Shown in pieces: positions 12,986 through 26,704 of a stretch of 64,000 nucleotides of DNA. Position numbers and translations under genes: made by a program. The notes beneath the pieces were generated by a model. That model was not told where the DNA came from. It saw only the letters and a program-made list of their open reading frames with translations, and made no database searches. The stretch lies in the NCBI RefSeq assembly GCF_009834535.1, contig NC_045707.1, forward strand, positions 58,220,001 to 58,284,000. The letters are read 5' to 3'. How positions within the stretch are numbered: position 1 is the first letter of the stretch; every line of letters starts with the position of its first letter. The DNA is from Camelus ferus (taxonomy: Eukaryota).

Positions 12986-13957
12986 TCACTCCTTTCAAAG
13001 TCAAAACAAATGCATGTAGAGGGGACCTTCAGGCACCATCTGTCTAGTTCAGACCAAAACCAAACTGTTGCAGACTGATTGATGTAGAAAAATATCTGAA
13101 TACACAGTCACATTTAGAAGCAACAACTTCAAAATGAGATATGGAGATACCAAACAAGAAATGAACAAAAACATTTGATATAGAAGTGAGGATTTTCCTC
13201 CTGACAATGTCACTTGCCTTCCTTCACGTTCCTCAGTTTCTCTGTGGGAAGATGATACAGAGAAACAGGCACTGTTCTTTAACTGAGTGTGATGTAAGAT
13301 ATGCCAGCATCATGAATCACAAAACAATGAAATATTTTATGTGGCTTTAAAGCTCTTGAGCCTCAGGGGAAAATACATTCCTGGTTAATGAAGTTTTATG
13401 AAGTTGTGTATCAGTTCCACTTTTTCAAGTTATTAAAAGCACTTTTTCTATAACCATTAATGTTGTCCTTTACATTAATCAAATACATCACAGTGATATC
13501 ATCTTTGAATTCATCCTTTTTCTCTTTGAACCTATGGATCCCTTGAAGCATCTTTCTGAACAAATGCCTCTCAAAATAATCTGAAGACTCAATCTGAGCT
13601 GATCTTTTCTTGTTCATATTCTGTCTGCTTTTCTCCCAATTTCTGGAGTCAGTTTTAGCAAAGATGTTTGCTCTTTCTTGCTTGCCTTTTAAATTATGTC
13701 ACTTACAAGAACATTCTGGTTGGAAGATCATCTCCTTAGAGTCGAAGCCTGTGAATCTCAGTACCACTGAGTCAGAGCTATGTGAAGATTCAATGGGAAA
13801 TGGAGCAGATACACGGCAGGCCTGTCAGTTCTTTTGTCGCCTGTCCTTCATTGTAATAATCAACAAAATATGCCTTTGTTTACCAAAAGACCAAACAATT
13901 TTTGTTTCTTTCTATTTTTTTATGTATTTGTCAGTAGAACTTTACAACTAGAAACTG

Positions 13958-14030
13958 TAGATGTAATAAATAATATTTTAAGATGCATTAAATAATATTT
14001 TAAGATACAGTAAATACTATTTTTAATGCT
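13958..14030. repeat. AT-rich 22-bp minisatellite, ~3 copies
   Basis: taaataatattttaagatgcat (13967-13988), taaataatattttaagatacag (13989-14010), degenerate third copy. Confidence 0.8.
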
Positions 14031-14289
14031 TCTATATGGTACTCATTTTGAAATTACAACACTGTACATGAGAATTATGTGCAACTGAAGATCTTCAAAT
14101 TTTATGTTTTTAAAAATTCTAATTCACTTAAAAAATTAACTAGGCAATGATTATACAGAGTATTTAAGGATAAGTTTGTAAAATAAACATTTTAACTTCT
14201 TTTTTGAATTTGTTAATGTTAGAAACCAATTTTAATAAGATACATGTGTAACGTTCAGGCCAATGTAGTTAATTAATATTAATAGCAAT

Positions 14290-14830
14290 AGCTATGACTT
14301 ATTAAACACTTTGTGACTTGTCTGTTGAGGATTTTACATAAATAATTTCATTTACTTTTCATCTTTTCATTTACTTTTCAACCATATGGATTAGGTACAT
14401 CTTTTGCTCATTTTTCAGATGATGCTTAGAAAAGGTAAATAAATTGCCCCAAAGACAAACCCAGATCTATTTGACCCTAAAGCCTGATCTCCTCTAGTAA
14501 ATACATAAAAATACTCAGGAACTCCAAATTCTTATTTGCCTTCATGTAAATGACTGCTAAAATCATGGTTGCCTTCTGATTAAAAAAGGCTGATAGAAAT
14601 AACATCGTTCATTTAGTAAAAGCTTGGTTCCTACTAAGGCATGTTCCTAAGCACAATACAGTATTATTCCATTTAATCTACTCAAAAGCCCAATGAGAAA
14701 AGTATTATTTTTCCCTTTTATAGGTGAAGAAACTGAGGCAGAAGGCCAAGATCACACAGTAAGTGGTATAAACAGAATTCAGTTAAAGTCTAACTTTGAA
14801 ATTCGCATATTAATCAATACACTGTATAGC
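14290..14830 (-). mobile_element. Two MIR fragments
   Basis: MIR cores at ~14410 (catttttcagatg...aattgcccc) and ~14715 (ttttataggtgaagaaactgaggcaga). Confidence 0.65.
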
Positions 14831-16019
14831 CTCTGGCTGATTCTGATACTGAAGGGCCATCTTCATTTTTGTTGAGTCCTTCAAAGCATTAACATGGCAA
14901 GAACCTGTCTTGTACTTTCAGAAATACTTTCCCTCCATTTTCCCTTCCTTTTTTGCTAGTAGGTTGAACCATATGAAATTGGTGATATTCAATCATTTAC
15001 AAAATGGCTACCTTTCTCAGTATAATTTTTTTCTTTCCCCTCCCTTGACTTCTTGAACAGGCTATCCTCTATCTTATTGTTTAAAACTTTTGCAACTGTG
15101 TAGACCATATAACTAGAAAAATACCATAGAAGAATAAGAAATTTGGGCCTCACTTCCCTGTGATGCAGGCCTATTTACTTCTAACCTACTACCTTTGAAC
15201 CCTGCACTGTACATTTATTGTGATATTTATATTATAATAACATAAGGCAACGGAAATACCAGTTGTGATTTTAGTGGTTTAGGTACTATTGAGTATGTTT
15301 TCCCTCTGGTATTTATCCCAGTCTGGAAGAAACAAGCCCTAGGCAAAAAATAAAGTTGGAAAAAATTTTCAAAGTGTCTCCTTTCAACGTTTTTCAATCA
15401 ACATGTATTAAGTATTCACAAAGTACTGGCACTCTATGAGGCAATAGGGTGTTGAAAGATGTAAACCATGAGGGGAAAAAATCATCTTGGCCCTAGAAGA
15501 ATGTAAAGGCCAGCTTATATACTATTAAGCTATTAAGCTTTCTTTGGGGTTTTCTGGTTTCTGCCACCTGTCCATAAGGGAGAGTTACGCACACAGAAAG
15601 CCTGCCTGGGGCTGTTGCCCTCTCCCCTTATTGTTGATGTACTTTGCAAATCACCAATTACGATTTTTTTGGAATGGTGGTTGATAGAATGATTTCTAAT
15701 TATAAGCCATATGAATCAATTGACTGTAAATCTAAATTCCTTTTCTTGACTGTGGAGGAGGCAGTCAGAAAGGCACCCCAAGTTCTGTGGTCACCCAGAG
15801 TGCTTGGCCTCACAAACATGGGTTCAGGGCGAAAAGGGTCCCAGGATCAGGGTCCATAGGGCTCTGGGCCTATGCGAAACCCGTGGACTTTACCCTGGGG
15901 GCTGAGGAGGACAAGAGGGACCACGTCTTCCGTTTGGCCTGGCTCCCTCATCGAAGCTTGAGTGATGGATATTTCATAACTTTTACATCTTGTTTATTAA
16001 GGAGAGCTCTTTTTCGGTC

Positions 16020-17045
16020 ATGAATCATTTCCTCATTCATTTAGCAAACATTTGCTAAGGACCTGCTTGTGTGCCAGGACTCATGCTACGTGCTGAGGAC
16101 ATAAACATGGACTGAACGTGGTTGTTGACCTTGAGGGGCTTACAATCCAGAAGCACAAACAATTGTGAAATATGATAAAGGCTAAAGTAGGGGGTCTGTG
16201 GGTCGACTGCTACAGAGGAACAAGCACTGAGCTCCTTTGAGAGTGGGCACAGTGGGCATCCAAGTCTGCCGAGGCGACATCTGAGCTGATTTATGAAGAG
16301 TAAGTAGGTGTTTTCAAGGCAGAAATGGGAGCAGAGGAAGCTACTACAGAAAGACAACACAATTTTTATACGCTGGTTTGTTTCCATGTACTTGATCCTG
16401 ATTGAAAAGGAATCAGAGACAAGATTCCAAAGTATGCTTTGGTTACGCTAAGACTGGACTTTATCCTAAAGCAAACTTAATTTTTTAATATAAGTAGTTT
16501 TTTTTCCTTTCTCTGTGATACAATAAATAATAGTGTATCAGCCACATGATGACAAATTAGATTTAGTATAATATGGGAAGTAAGATCAGGGACACAGGAA
16601 GAAGATGAGATTTGGGCAGGAGGGTGAGAGGGAGAAGGTCATCACCTATGAGAGATGAGCCGGCTGATGCTTTTAACCAGGTACATCACTTGATTACCTG
16701 AACAAAAAGTCTTCTCTGTTCTGTTGCACATCGTTCTCTCCGCATGGACTGTCCTTCCTCTAGACCTTCCCAGACTTTTCTCCTCTCCCTCAGGTCTTTG
16801 CTAAATGTCACTGACCCAGTCAGGCGTTTTCCAAACACCCGACAGAAACATCTGGTGCCCCTCCCCATCACCATCATTCCCCCTCAGCTTCATTTCTCTT
16901 CACTGCACTTACCACAACTTGAAAGTATAGATTTAATTGTTCACCCAATACAATGTAAAATACAGAAAGATTTTATCTTTTCCTGGAATTGGGCCTGGCA
17001 CATAGTAAACAGTGAAATAAGTAAACATTCATTACACGAATGCTA
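16020..17045. mobile_element. L2 fragments (antisense ~16020-16460, sense ~16720-17045)
   Basis: cattcatttagcaaacatttgctaagg...tgtgccagg and gcctggcacatagtaaac L2 end motifs. Confidence 0.7.
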
Positions 17046-17249
17046 CAGTCTTCAGTATCTGAGCTACATGTCTCTGTACTAATAAGAATCTGTGCTGCTC
17101 TCAACGTCTACCGTGGCCACAGCTCTTTCTCACTGCAGCCAGAGATCCTGCACAAAGCTCTGTGCTTTATGCCAGAAGATTTGAATACCCTCACCTTAAG
17201 CAGAATGAACCAGAGATCGGGCCCCAAGAACCAAAGAGAAATACCTCCG

Positions 17250-17650
17250 GGCTTACTTCCCCAAGGTGGGCTCCACCAACAGCAGCAGAGCAGCCCCCGC
17301 AAGTTTGTTAGAAATGCAGGATCTCAGATCCACCCAATTAGAATCTGCACTTTTAACAAGATCCCTAGGTGATTTGCATGAGCGTTAAAATCTGAGAAGC
17401 ACTGATCTATAGCATTGTTTTTCAAACTGCAGAGTTATGAAGTCAATTTGGCAAGTTCTAACTAGCAATTTTTTTAATGAATAGAGAAGAATGGGATAGG
17501 CTAGATTAAGAACAGAAGATATGAGAGTGTAAGACAGTAGATTGCCTAAATATTACCTTAAGAAACTCTATGCATCTATGCACAAATTCACAATGTAAAA
17601 TATATTTATTACTGTGGATTGTGGTCAAAATGTTTAGAAGCTGCTGATGC
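17250..17650. mobile_element. hAT-Charlie MITEs (MER5-like 17250-17404 plus an adjacent MITE)
   Basis: tttgttagaaatgcag...ttttaacaagatccctaggtgatt...tgagaagcactg; second element runs cattgtttttcaaactg...tttagaagctgctg. Confidence 0.7.
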
Positions 17651-18899
17651 ACAGGTTAGCCAGGAACCTGAGGTGAGGATTAATCCAAGCGGGAAAGTGA
17701 TACTGTATTGTGACAACTGAATCAATCAGATCTTCCAAATAGAGTTTAGAAACTGAAACCAAAGGGGTTGTTTTGACAAGCCTTTTCCAGGCTATTAAAG
17801 TTGTCCTGGTTTTGTCTTATCACATGTAGAGTTGTACTTAAATTATTCAACTCTTTACTCCCACCGTTGCAAACTTCAAATAAACCAGACACTAAAACCT
17901 TAAAGTCAGCAGTTTGGGGCTTTAGAAATGTCCTTACCTCAACATGCATGCTGTTAATGAATAACAAAGAGGGTTACAGTGCCTTTTGGGTGTTTTGAAA
18001 GGAAAATGAAAAATAAAACAGAAGATAGAGTAAAATGTAACCATAACTCAGTACAAACCCAATTGTTAATAATCCATAAATGTAGTTTTCTAGTAATGTA
18101 ACATTTTGAAACTATCTACAATCATCATCTTTTTAAAAGCTGATGCATATTCAGACTAACTAAAGCCTTTCCTTTGTTCAGGAGACATTGCAACACATCG
18201 CTAATATAAAACCACACAAGGTGCACTAATTACCTAACACACTTTCAACGGATCCTTTTAAACATCTGTTACATTTAAGGCATTGTGGAAAACAAAGGTG
18301 AATGCCTTTGCACAATCTAAAAGCAATTTTTCTAGGCAGGAAAGCTTGAGTATTGATAGATTAGACAAGCAGGTGCCAAATTTTTGCATGTTTTAGAAAA
18401 AAAAGAAATAGCCTCTAAATTAAGGTCAAGTTTTAGCTAATTAGAGGCTGATGAGTTATTGTACTACTAGATTATTTGGATCTCATACTCCCTTTGTATT
18501 CTTTTTATTTGGTACTTTACTTCTCCTCTTGTACATCCCTTAAAGAATGAGCAATTTCAGAGCAAGACACTGAAACTCCTATCAACTGAGTTTCCTTTGG
18601 GGGCATTTTGCCTCTGTGTCAAGCCTGTAAACTTTAAGGAGATTAATTTCAGACAATCTTGTATGTGTAAAATTGTTAGAATAGTGTTGGGATAACAAAA
18701 CAAAACAAAACAAAAGAAGAGTGAAACAACGAGCAATTAGTGACGAGACCATTACTGTTTCTTATCTTCTTCATTTCTCTAAATAGTCTTATGATAAACG
18801 CTCATCACTAGAAAGAAACTTTGTATAAGTCTCTTCTCTTTCAAAAAGTTTGATCTCTATTAAGTACCTCAGGTTTTTATGATTAAAGCTACTGAATGG

Positions 18900-21060
18900 A
18901 GATTGCTGCTTCTAGCTATGACAAAGAGTAGTATTCCTATTAATATCAGGAGTAAGTTAAGGATCTTCTTTATCACCACTATTATTTAACCAACATAATT
19001 AGGTAACAGAAATGAATAAAAATTAAAAATTGGAAAAAGTGAAGCAAAATCATCATTATTTGATGATGGTATGAGTGTTTACCAAGAAAACTCAAGGGAA
19101 TCAAATGAAAAACTACTAGAAACAATAAGAGAATTCAGAGTTAGTATATGGAAACTTAAGACTTATATAACAGTTAGAAGACAAAAATCAAAAGAAAAGG
19201 TAAAATGTATAGAACATGGGAAGGATTTATCTGTAGAAAAAGAAAACTACCAAGGGACACGAGAAAAGATATATCAAATGACATCCCATGCTCTTGTTCA
19301 GGAAATTTCAGCATGACAAAAGATGTCAATTTCCAAAAATTAATCCATAAATTTTGGGGTAATCCCAATAAAAAGATGCTTTATTTTGGAACTAGAAAAC
19401 TGATTCTAAGGTTCAAATGGAAAACAAGCAAATAAAAAGAGCCCTAAAAAGTCTAAAAAAAAAGAAAGAAAAAGATAAATGAGATGCATTTTTCTATCAG
19501 ACAGTAAAACATATTTTATAAGCTAAAACATTTTAAAATAGGCACTGATGCATGTATAGATTAGTGCCTGACACATATAATGTACATTTGTTGAACAAAT
19601 GAACAGTCAAATTTATGAAGTTGATTGGAAAATCCAAGCTGGACCCAAATGCTTATTGGAATTTGGCATGTGAAAAAGTGGGATTTTTTTAAATCATGGA
19701 GAAAAGAGGAATTATTCTATAAATAGTGTTGGGGCAACTGGGTCATGAGTCAGGAAAGAAACATAATTGGAGCCATGCCTTACACTTTATACAGAATGAA
19801 TTCCAAATATTTAAATGTTAAGAAACAAACTGTAAAAATACTAGAAGAAAACACGGGAAGTTAAAAAGAATAATAGTTTTTGAAGCCATTAAAAAGATGG
19901 TTTAATTGGACTGCATAATAATAAAAATGTTCTGTATCACAAAAGCCATTTATTATCAACACAGTCAAAAGAGAAATGACAAATTGGGTTAAATATTTGC
20001 TACTCACATCCCAAACAGGATATAAATTCTTTACTGAAAAGAGTTTCCACAAGTTAGAAATGAAAGAAAACAAAACAACCAGCCCCCTCCCCCACCTCAC
20101 ATACATAATAGAAAATCTGGCAAAGGATATAAATAGACAGTTTACAAGATATAAAAATGGCCTTTAAACAGTGGGAAGACACTCAACTTCAGTCATAAAA
20201 AGTGAATGCAAATTAGACTTACAAGATTTCATGGTTTACTTATCAGATAGGCAAGCATCATGAATCTTGACCACACACAGTGTTGTTGAAGACAGGGCCC
20301 TCTCTTTCATTGCTGAAAGGTCAGTAAACTGGTACTCTTCGGAGAGGAATTTGGCAATATCTCTTAAAATTAAAACTGCACAGACTCTTTGAAATGGCAA
20401 GTCCTCTTTTAGGAATTTAAGCTGCACATATACTCTTGGATGTGTCAAATGGCATGTGGGCAAAAATTGCATCCTTCTAACAGCAAAATATTAGAAACAA
20501 GGTAAATTTCTATCAGTAGGGGACTGATTAAACAAATTATGGTATATTCATCTGATAGAGTGCTTCTGGACCAAGAAGAAACAGGATCTCTCTGTCTCCA
20601 TCTCTTCTGTAACCACTGCGGCCACTCTCCCACCTCTGCCCTCCCAGGATGCCGCTTTATTTTTCCCCATAGTACGTATCACCATCTGGCATACTGTATA
20701 TATTTCATTGTTTATTTGGGTTTTGTCTGCTTTCCTGTACCACTTCTACTAGAATATAAGTTCCATGAAGACAGAGATTTTACCTATTCTGCCCATTGCT
20801 ACAATCCTCACCACCTAAGTATGCCTGACATACAGTAGGCACGCCATAAATACTTGTCAAGTGAAAGAATAAAAGAATAAATAAAAATGGAAAGATCTCC
20901 AAAATCTATTTTAAAGTGAAGAAAGCAAGATGCAGTAGTATTCTGTTCTTTGTATAGAAAAATTATCTATAAATGCCTGTGTGTATACACACATGTGTGT
21001 ACTTGACAATGCAGAGACTTTCTGGAAGGATATGCAGGAAGCTGGTACCAGATGTTGTCC
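18900..21060 (+). mobile_element. Old L1M (L1ME-like) ORF2 and 3' remnants, with an L2-like segment at ~20620-20870
   Basis: Degenerate ORF2 peptides (YQENSRESNEKLLETIREF; KLILRFKWK; AKDINRQFT). Confidence 0.8.
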
Positions 21061-21092
21061 CGGGGAGCAGGGGAGCAGAACGGTGTGGCTCA

Positions 21093-21230
21093 GGGGAGGG
21101 TACAGCTCCAGTGGTAGAGCGCATGTTTAGCATGTGTGAGGTTCTGGGTTCAATCCTCAGGACCCTCTAAGAATAAATAAATAAATAAACCTATTTATTT
21201 CCAGCCACCAAAAAAAGAAAAAAGAAAAAA
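21093..21230 (+). mobile_element. Vic-1-like SINE
   Basis: GGGGAGGGTACAGCTCCAGTGGTAGAGCGCATGTTTAGCATG...GGTTCAATCC, then (TAAA)n and an A-rich tail. Confidence 0.9.
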
Positions 21231-21254
21231 CTCAATTTTTATAATGCTGATTTA

Positions 21255-21808
21255 ACAATAGCGAAGACATGGAAACAACCTAAATGTCCATCAACAGATG
21301 ACTGAATAAAGAAGTTGTGGTATATTTATACAATGGAATACTATTCGGCCATAAAAATAATAAAATAATGTCATTTGCAGTAACATGGATGGACCTGGAG
21401 AATGTCATTCTAAGTGAAGTAAGCCAGAAAGAGAAAGAAAAATGCCATATGGTATCATTTGTATGTGGAATCTAAAAAAAAAAGACAAACAAATTTATTT
21501 ACAAAACAGAAACAGACTCACAGACATAGAAAACAAACTTATGGTTGCCAGTGGGGAAGGGGATGGGAAGGGATAAATTGGGAGTTCGAGATTTACAGAT
21601 ACTAACTACTATATATAAAATAAATAAACAAGTTTATACTGTAAAGCACAGGGAACTATATTCAATATTTTGTAGTAACATGGTTAAAAAGAACATGAAA
21701 ATGAATATATGTATGTTCCTATATGACTGAAGTATTGTGCTGTACACCACAAATTGACACAACATTGTAAACTGACTATACTTCAATAAAAATATTTTTT
21801 TAAAAAAT
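21255..21808 (+). mobile_element. Camelid/artiodactyl L1 3' fragment
   Basis: ORF2 C-terminal end (aagacatggaaacaacctaaatgtccatcaacagatg) and a 3' UTR ending aaattgacacaacattgtaaactgactatacttcaataaaa. Confidence 0.9.
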
Positions 21809-23494
21809 CTACTGATCTAAAGAATGACCTGAGGAAAGCAGAAGCTTCTGAAGGTGACAGAGAATTAATAGCCAGAGGCACAAGTGACAAACATGGAGAG
21901 GTGAGTATTCCAGGGGCAACAGGGAAGGTGGGAAGGTCTCCTGTGCCTTTGACCCTGAACTCAAGGAGCCTCATCCCTGTGCCTGCGTCCCCTCCAGCCC
22001 ACATTTGCCTCCACTCCTAGCCTTCCATCCAGGGCCACCACCTCCCCCGTTCCCAGGCAGCACTTTGTTTCTGTACCTTTGCATAAGTGGTTCCATCTAT
22101 TGGAATGCCCTCTGTTGTCTACTTTAAAAAAAATCTTCCATTCCTTCTGGTGAAGCCATCTCTCTGTAGTCTGTGCTCGCACAGTGACTGGTTCTCATTT
22201 CTATTTAAAATAAAGTACCATCATTTTGTTTATAAGTCTTATAATATAAATACTCTTTTGGTGTCTTTCACCTTTGTACCCTATTGCTTAAAGAGTAATT
22301 TGCATGGAACAAGCCTGACACCCAATAGACACACCCCTAAAATGTTCATTGAGTAAATGACTCTAATCCTTTTCTTCACGGAGCTTATATACTGACTTTA
22401 AAATTAGGAGGAGCAATCTCTGTTGGAAGATGAAGGGACTACCCCGCTATGGAATGGCCTTAGAAAATGCTGGTCTTTATACACTGAAGTTAGAGTAGAA
22501 TGCCCACCAATAAAACTGCCTTTGGGGAATTAAACTTTTAAAAAAATTGGCTAAATGGATCTTGCAGCGATATGCAAATTCACCTGAAAGAGGTCTGACC
22601 AATCATTCAGGACCGTAACCAGAGGAATGTCATTAGCATATACAAAGGAAGAATGTGTCCATCAGCAGCAGAGTCAGCAGCCCCTTAGCAAACAAGAATC
22701 GGAATGCAAAGGTCCTGGGGAGAGCCATTCTGTTCTGTGCGGCTTGGCAGGACTCTCCTTATTTTTAAGATAAATGTCTCAGGCTCTCTTAGCAGAAGCC
22801 AGTACACACTGGATTCCTCAAATCAACCCCTCTTGCTCATTTTCCATATTTACCAAGGAAGCTTCCAGTTATGCTTCCACTCCCATGTAGGTCTGCCTTC
22901 TTGGAGGATACACACTGTTCATGATGACTTTAACATTCCTGTGTTTCTGACCTTCATACTTTTCATTATAAATTGAGTTCTTTGGTCCTGAGACAAATGT
23001 AGCCAGGGCAAGTGGGCTACAGTAATGTGACTGTGTCCCTGAGACATTAATAAGCTCTTTAACTGCTGATAAAATCAGAGTTCTGAATCTGCAAAGCTGA
23101 GGATCAAAGGCTGGCTGTGGTACAGACGCCAGGGAATATTCCCCACCCCAAACTGTCCCCACCTCCCAAGTAAAGCCCTGGGAGACAGTCAGCATACTTC
23201 CAGGGCAACCTTAGGACAGCCATCCCGCCTGTGTGCTGTTTGACAGATATTTGTATACAGAGCACCTGCTGTGTGTCACATACAGTGATGCAAAGACAGA
23301 GAGGGAAGGGGCTTCTCAGGGAGCCCATGTCATGTGGCTTATCTAGTCCAGTTGTTTTTCGCCCTAAGAAGCACTGATTATGAAGCCGTAATATTCTGAG
23401 AAGATCAAAACAAATCTTTCACAGAAAAATGCACAGAAACTGAGTGTTCGAATTGCTTATTTTATTGCATTGAAAATTAATTCCTTTGACATAT

Positions 23495-23730
23495 AAGGAT
23501 GAGCTCTGGAATCAGACAGATATGTGCTGAAATATTTGGCTTTATCACATACTAACTGTGTGGCACTGGACAAGTCACACAGTCTCTCTCAATTTTCTGA
23601 TCTGCTAAAGGGAAGTAATATTAGTGCTCCCCTCACGGGACTGCTTAAATGGTTCAGTTAGACACTGTATCTGAAGTGACAGCACAGTGCCTAGCTTGTC
23701 ATAAACAGTAAATAACTGCTATAAATGTTA
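23495..23730 (+). mobile_element. MIR SINE
   Basis: gctctggaatcagacaga...actaactgtgtggcactggacaagtcac...agcacagtgcctagc. Confidence 0.7.
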
Positions 23731-25299
23731 GTATGCAAAATGTTCTTTTCATTAATTTGAATTAAATCCAAGTGTCTATAAAATGAAAGGCAACCTCAAC
23801 TTTATTCAATAGTAAATTCCAGTGAAAGGTTGCTTTTGATTTGAATAAGAGGTTGGGTTATGTCATCTATGTCCCCCATTTAATTTCTTTTTTTTTTTTT
23901 TTTAATATGGCAAAAAGTTCTCAAAATATGGGCTTAAAATAGGTCAAAAGACATATATCAAGACTGAGTTGAATTCATTCCTCCTCATCGTTGTAAATCA
24001 ATGGAACCATCTTGGGTGAGATGTATATCACTGAAGCTTTCTGTGGACCAAAAAGGATGATTAATTCATGTTTCAATTATAAAGTCATGTAAGCAGAAGT
24101 AACATTCAAAAGAATGTTATGGTGTTTGCAGGTATGGAAGATTTCTGCTTGCAGAGAAACTAATAAGACTCTCTCTGTGGGCTTCACACCGCAGAAAGTC
24201 CTTCCTCCTCATTGGAAAGTTTACATTGTTGTTTGCATTCTCTCGTCCCTTCCCAACAAGGCGGCTGAGCTGTAAGAGTTGGTGGGGTTTCTTTTAGCAG
24301 CATCCATAATGCTCTGTGTAGGACCTTGCATCAAAAGATTTACCTTATTCTCATGGTCAAAGACACCTATGATGTAACAAAACCAGGAATGAGCACCTCC
24401 CAGTTAAACTGTTCTGAGAAGGCTTTCTCCCTCTCACTTCCTTTCTCTCCGTCTCTCTGTCCCGCTCTACTGAGCACAGCATATGACTTATGCATGAAGT
24501 TCAATCACATACTTGAAGATGTGTTCTTTGGGAAGTCAGCTTCCTACTCCGACCGATTTTCTAGTCAAAATTTCTTGAAAAGATTGAAATCAGGACCAGG
24601 CTGTATAAAAGTCATCGACATTCACAGCCATAGACAAGACTCCTTTCAGAACTGCTGGCACAGCCCCAGTCTTGTTGATGCTGAGAGCAATGGGTCATGA
24701 CAACGCATGGAGTGTCTTCAGCAAAGCAGCCCAACCAAATGTGTTAGCGAGCTCAGGTTCTCCACCTGTGCCCAGAGAACCAAAACGTTCCGTCCACACA
24801 AAGTTTTCCTGGACAAAGACATGTTTTCACTATTTGGAAAATGATAAGGGCTTGTCAAGTCTTCAAAAGGGGATCAGAAAAATTGGAATAGTTCTTCAGT
24901 GTGCAGATGAAGAGTGATAATCAAAGAGCTGATTACAGCGAGAGGCAGTAGTTTCATCCAGTTCTTGCCTGTTTTGAAGGAAAGTGGCTTAGGAGCCAGT
25001 GTAAGGATCTGTTTCCAGATACTAAAAGAAAAATCAGTGATGCTCAAGGAAATTGTGCCTTTTGAAATTAGCATGGCTCCCGTTTTCTTCTTTGCCCCAC
25101 GCCATAAACCATTTCAGATATGTCCAAGGTACGTGGCTTCATTAAGTTTTCTATAACTTTGTGTCCTCTTTTGCTTGGCCAAAAAAGGGGGGATATTTTA
25201 AGGTTGTGCCCCAAGACATGTTGGGCAATTCAATTGTGTTAAATTTTCAGACTTTAAAAATCAAGCCTTTTCTTATGAAACTATTTATACAAGCCCAGG

Positions 25300-25880
25300 C
25301 ATTTTCATTTAAAATTTGCTTTAAATTGTAGTGTATTTCAAACATACAAAAGTACAGAAAATAATATAACAAATAGCCTAGGTAGCCCCCTACTGAGATT
25401 TAACAAATGTTAATGTCTTGCAACATTTGTCTTAGATCTCTTTTTGAAGAAATGAAACATAAATAACAACATTACAGCTCCTGTACCTTTTCCCTCCATC
25501 TATTCTCAGAAGTAACTAATGTGCTGAATTTGAGGTATTTGTGCTTATATTACAAAAATAAGTATCTGTAAATATATATATATATATATATATATATAAT
25601 TGTACCTTTTAGAAATTTATATGAGTAGTATCATACTTTACATATCCATTTGAAACTGGTTTTAGATGATGTTTCTGAGGGCTATAAATGTTCTATTGTA
25701 CTAATAAACTATAATTTATATATCCACTCTCCTGCTAACTGCAAGTAGTTTTTCCATTTTCTTCGCTGTTACACTTAGTGTTGCAATGAACATTTCTGTC
25801 CACGTGTCCCTGTGTACACGTCAGAGTTTCTCTCGGAATGTAATTGCTGGGCTGTCAGGAAATCACATCTTCATCTTAAC
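25300..25880 (-). mobile_element. Old L1M 3' fragment containing (TA)n at ~25572-25598
   Basis: atttcaaacatacaaaagtacagaaaataatataac L1ME-type 3' end. Confidence 0.65.
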
Positions 25881-25882
25881 CA

Positions 25883-26075
25883 GGTGAAAGGGCAAACACT
25901 CTGTTCCTTTACTCTCAACATATCCGACAACAAATATGTGTGCTGTTGTCCCACACTAACCAATTCTCCTACTCTCTGGACACCAACTGAAAGTCTTACA
26001 ATTCACTGATGACACTAACTAGCCAGAGTTAGCACAGACCCCACAGATTAGTGGCTCAGTCCCAAAAGGCTGCAA
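25883..26075. mobile_element. ERVL LTR fragment (MER21-like)
   Basis: caattctcctactctctggacaccaactg...gacactaactagccagagttagcacagaccccacagattagtggctcagtccca. Confidence 0.6.
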
Positions 26076-26187
26076 CAGTGAGTAAAGATAACTCTTCCAG
26101 GAATTTGGACTGTGAATGAGAACAGAGAAACAGGACACTGACCAGATTAGACTCTAGAGTCAAGGAAAGTTTTTTTCTTTAGGAGGG

Positions 26188-26704
26188 TGTAGTAGTCCGA
26201 ATAATGGCCCCAAAGAGTTCCAGGCCCTAATCTCTGAAACCTGTCAATATTAGTTACCTGGCAAAAGAGAATTAATATTGAAGATAGAATTAAGGTTGCT
26301 AAGCAGCTGACTTGTAAACAGAGTATCCAGGATTATCCAGGTGGTCCCAATATAATCACAGTCTCCTTAAAAGTGGAAAAGAGGCAACAGAGAGAATCAT
26401 AGGGGTATGTGACTATGGAAGAAAGGCACAGAGAGACCCAGGCCCTGCTGGCTTCGAAGATGGGGGAAAAGCACCAAGAGCCAAGGAATGTGTGTGGCCT
26501 CTTGAAGCTGGAAAGGGCAAGGAAATGGATTCTTCCAGAGAGCCTCCAGAAAGGAATGCAGCCCTGCCGGTTCCTTCATTTTAACCCAGTAAGACCCATC
26601 CATGTAGAACATCTATCTACAGACCTGTAAGATGACAAAGTTATGTTGTTTAAGATGCTAGGAGTGTGGAAATTTGTTACCGTGGTAAATAGAAAACGAA
26701 TACA
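26188..26704 (+). mobile_element. MaLR solo LTR (MLT1D-like) inserted in an L2
   Basis: TG...CA termini, perfect 5-bp TSD GAGGG (26183-26187 / 26705-26709), MLT1 motifs (aataatggcccc; gattcttccagagagcctccagaaaggaatgcagccctgc). Confidence 0.9.

Noticed and set aside
13411..13700. Lys-rich minus-strand open frame as a possible exon or pseudogene
   Set aside because: Bounded by stops, no recognisable homologue or clear splice sites; may be a very old CR1/L3 remnant (an L3/MIR3-like tail lies at ~13015-13060)
24874..25074. Minus-strand ORF containing KTGKNWMKLLPLAV, reminiscent of a retroviral integrase helix
   Set aside because: The flanking integrase motifs (PQSxGxVER upstream, SPFE..GRP downstream) are not convincingly present; probably chance. 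An HMMER search against the rve domain would settle it.
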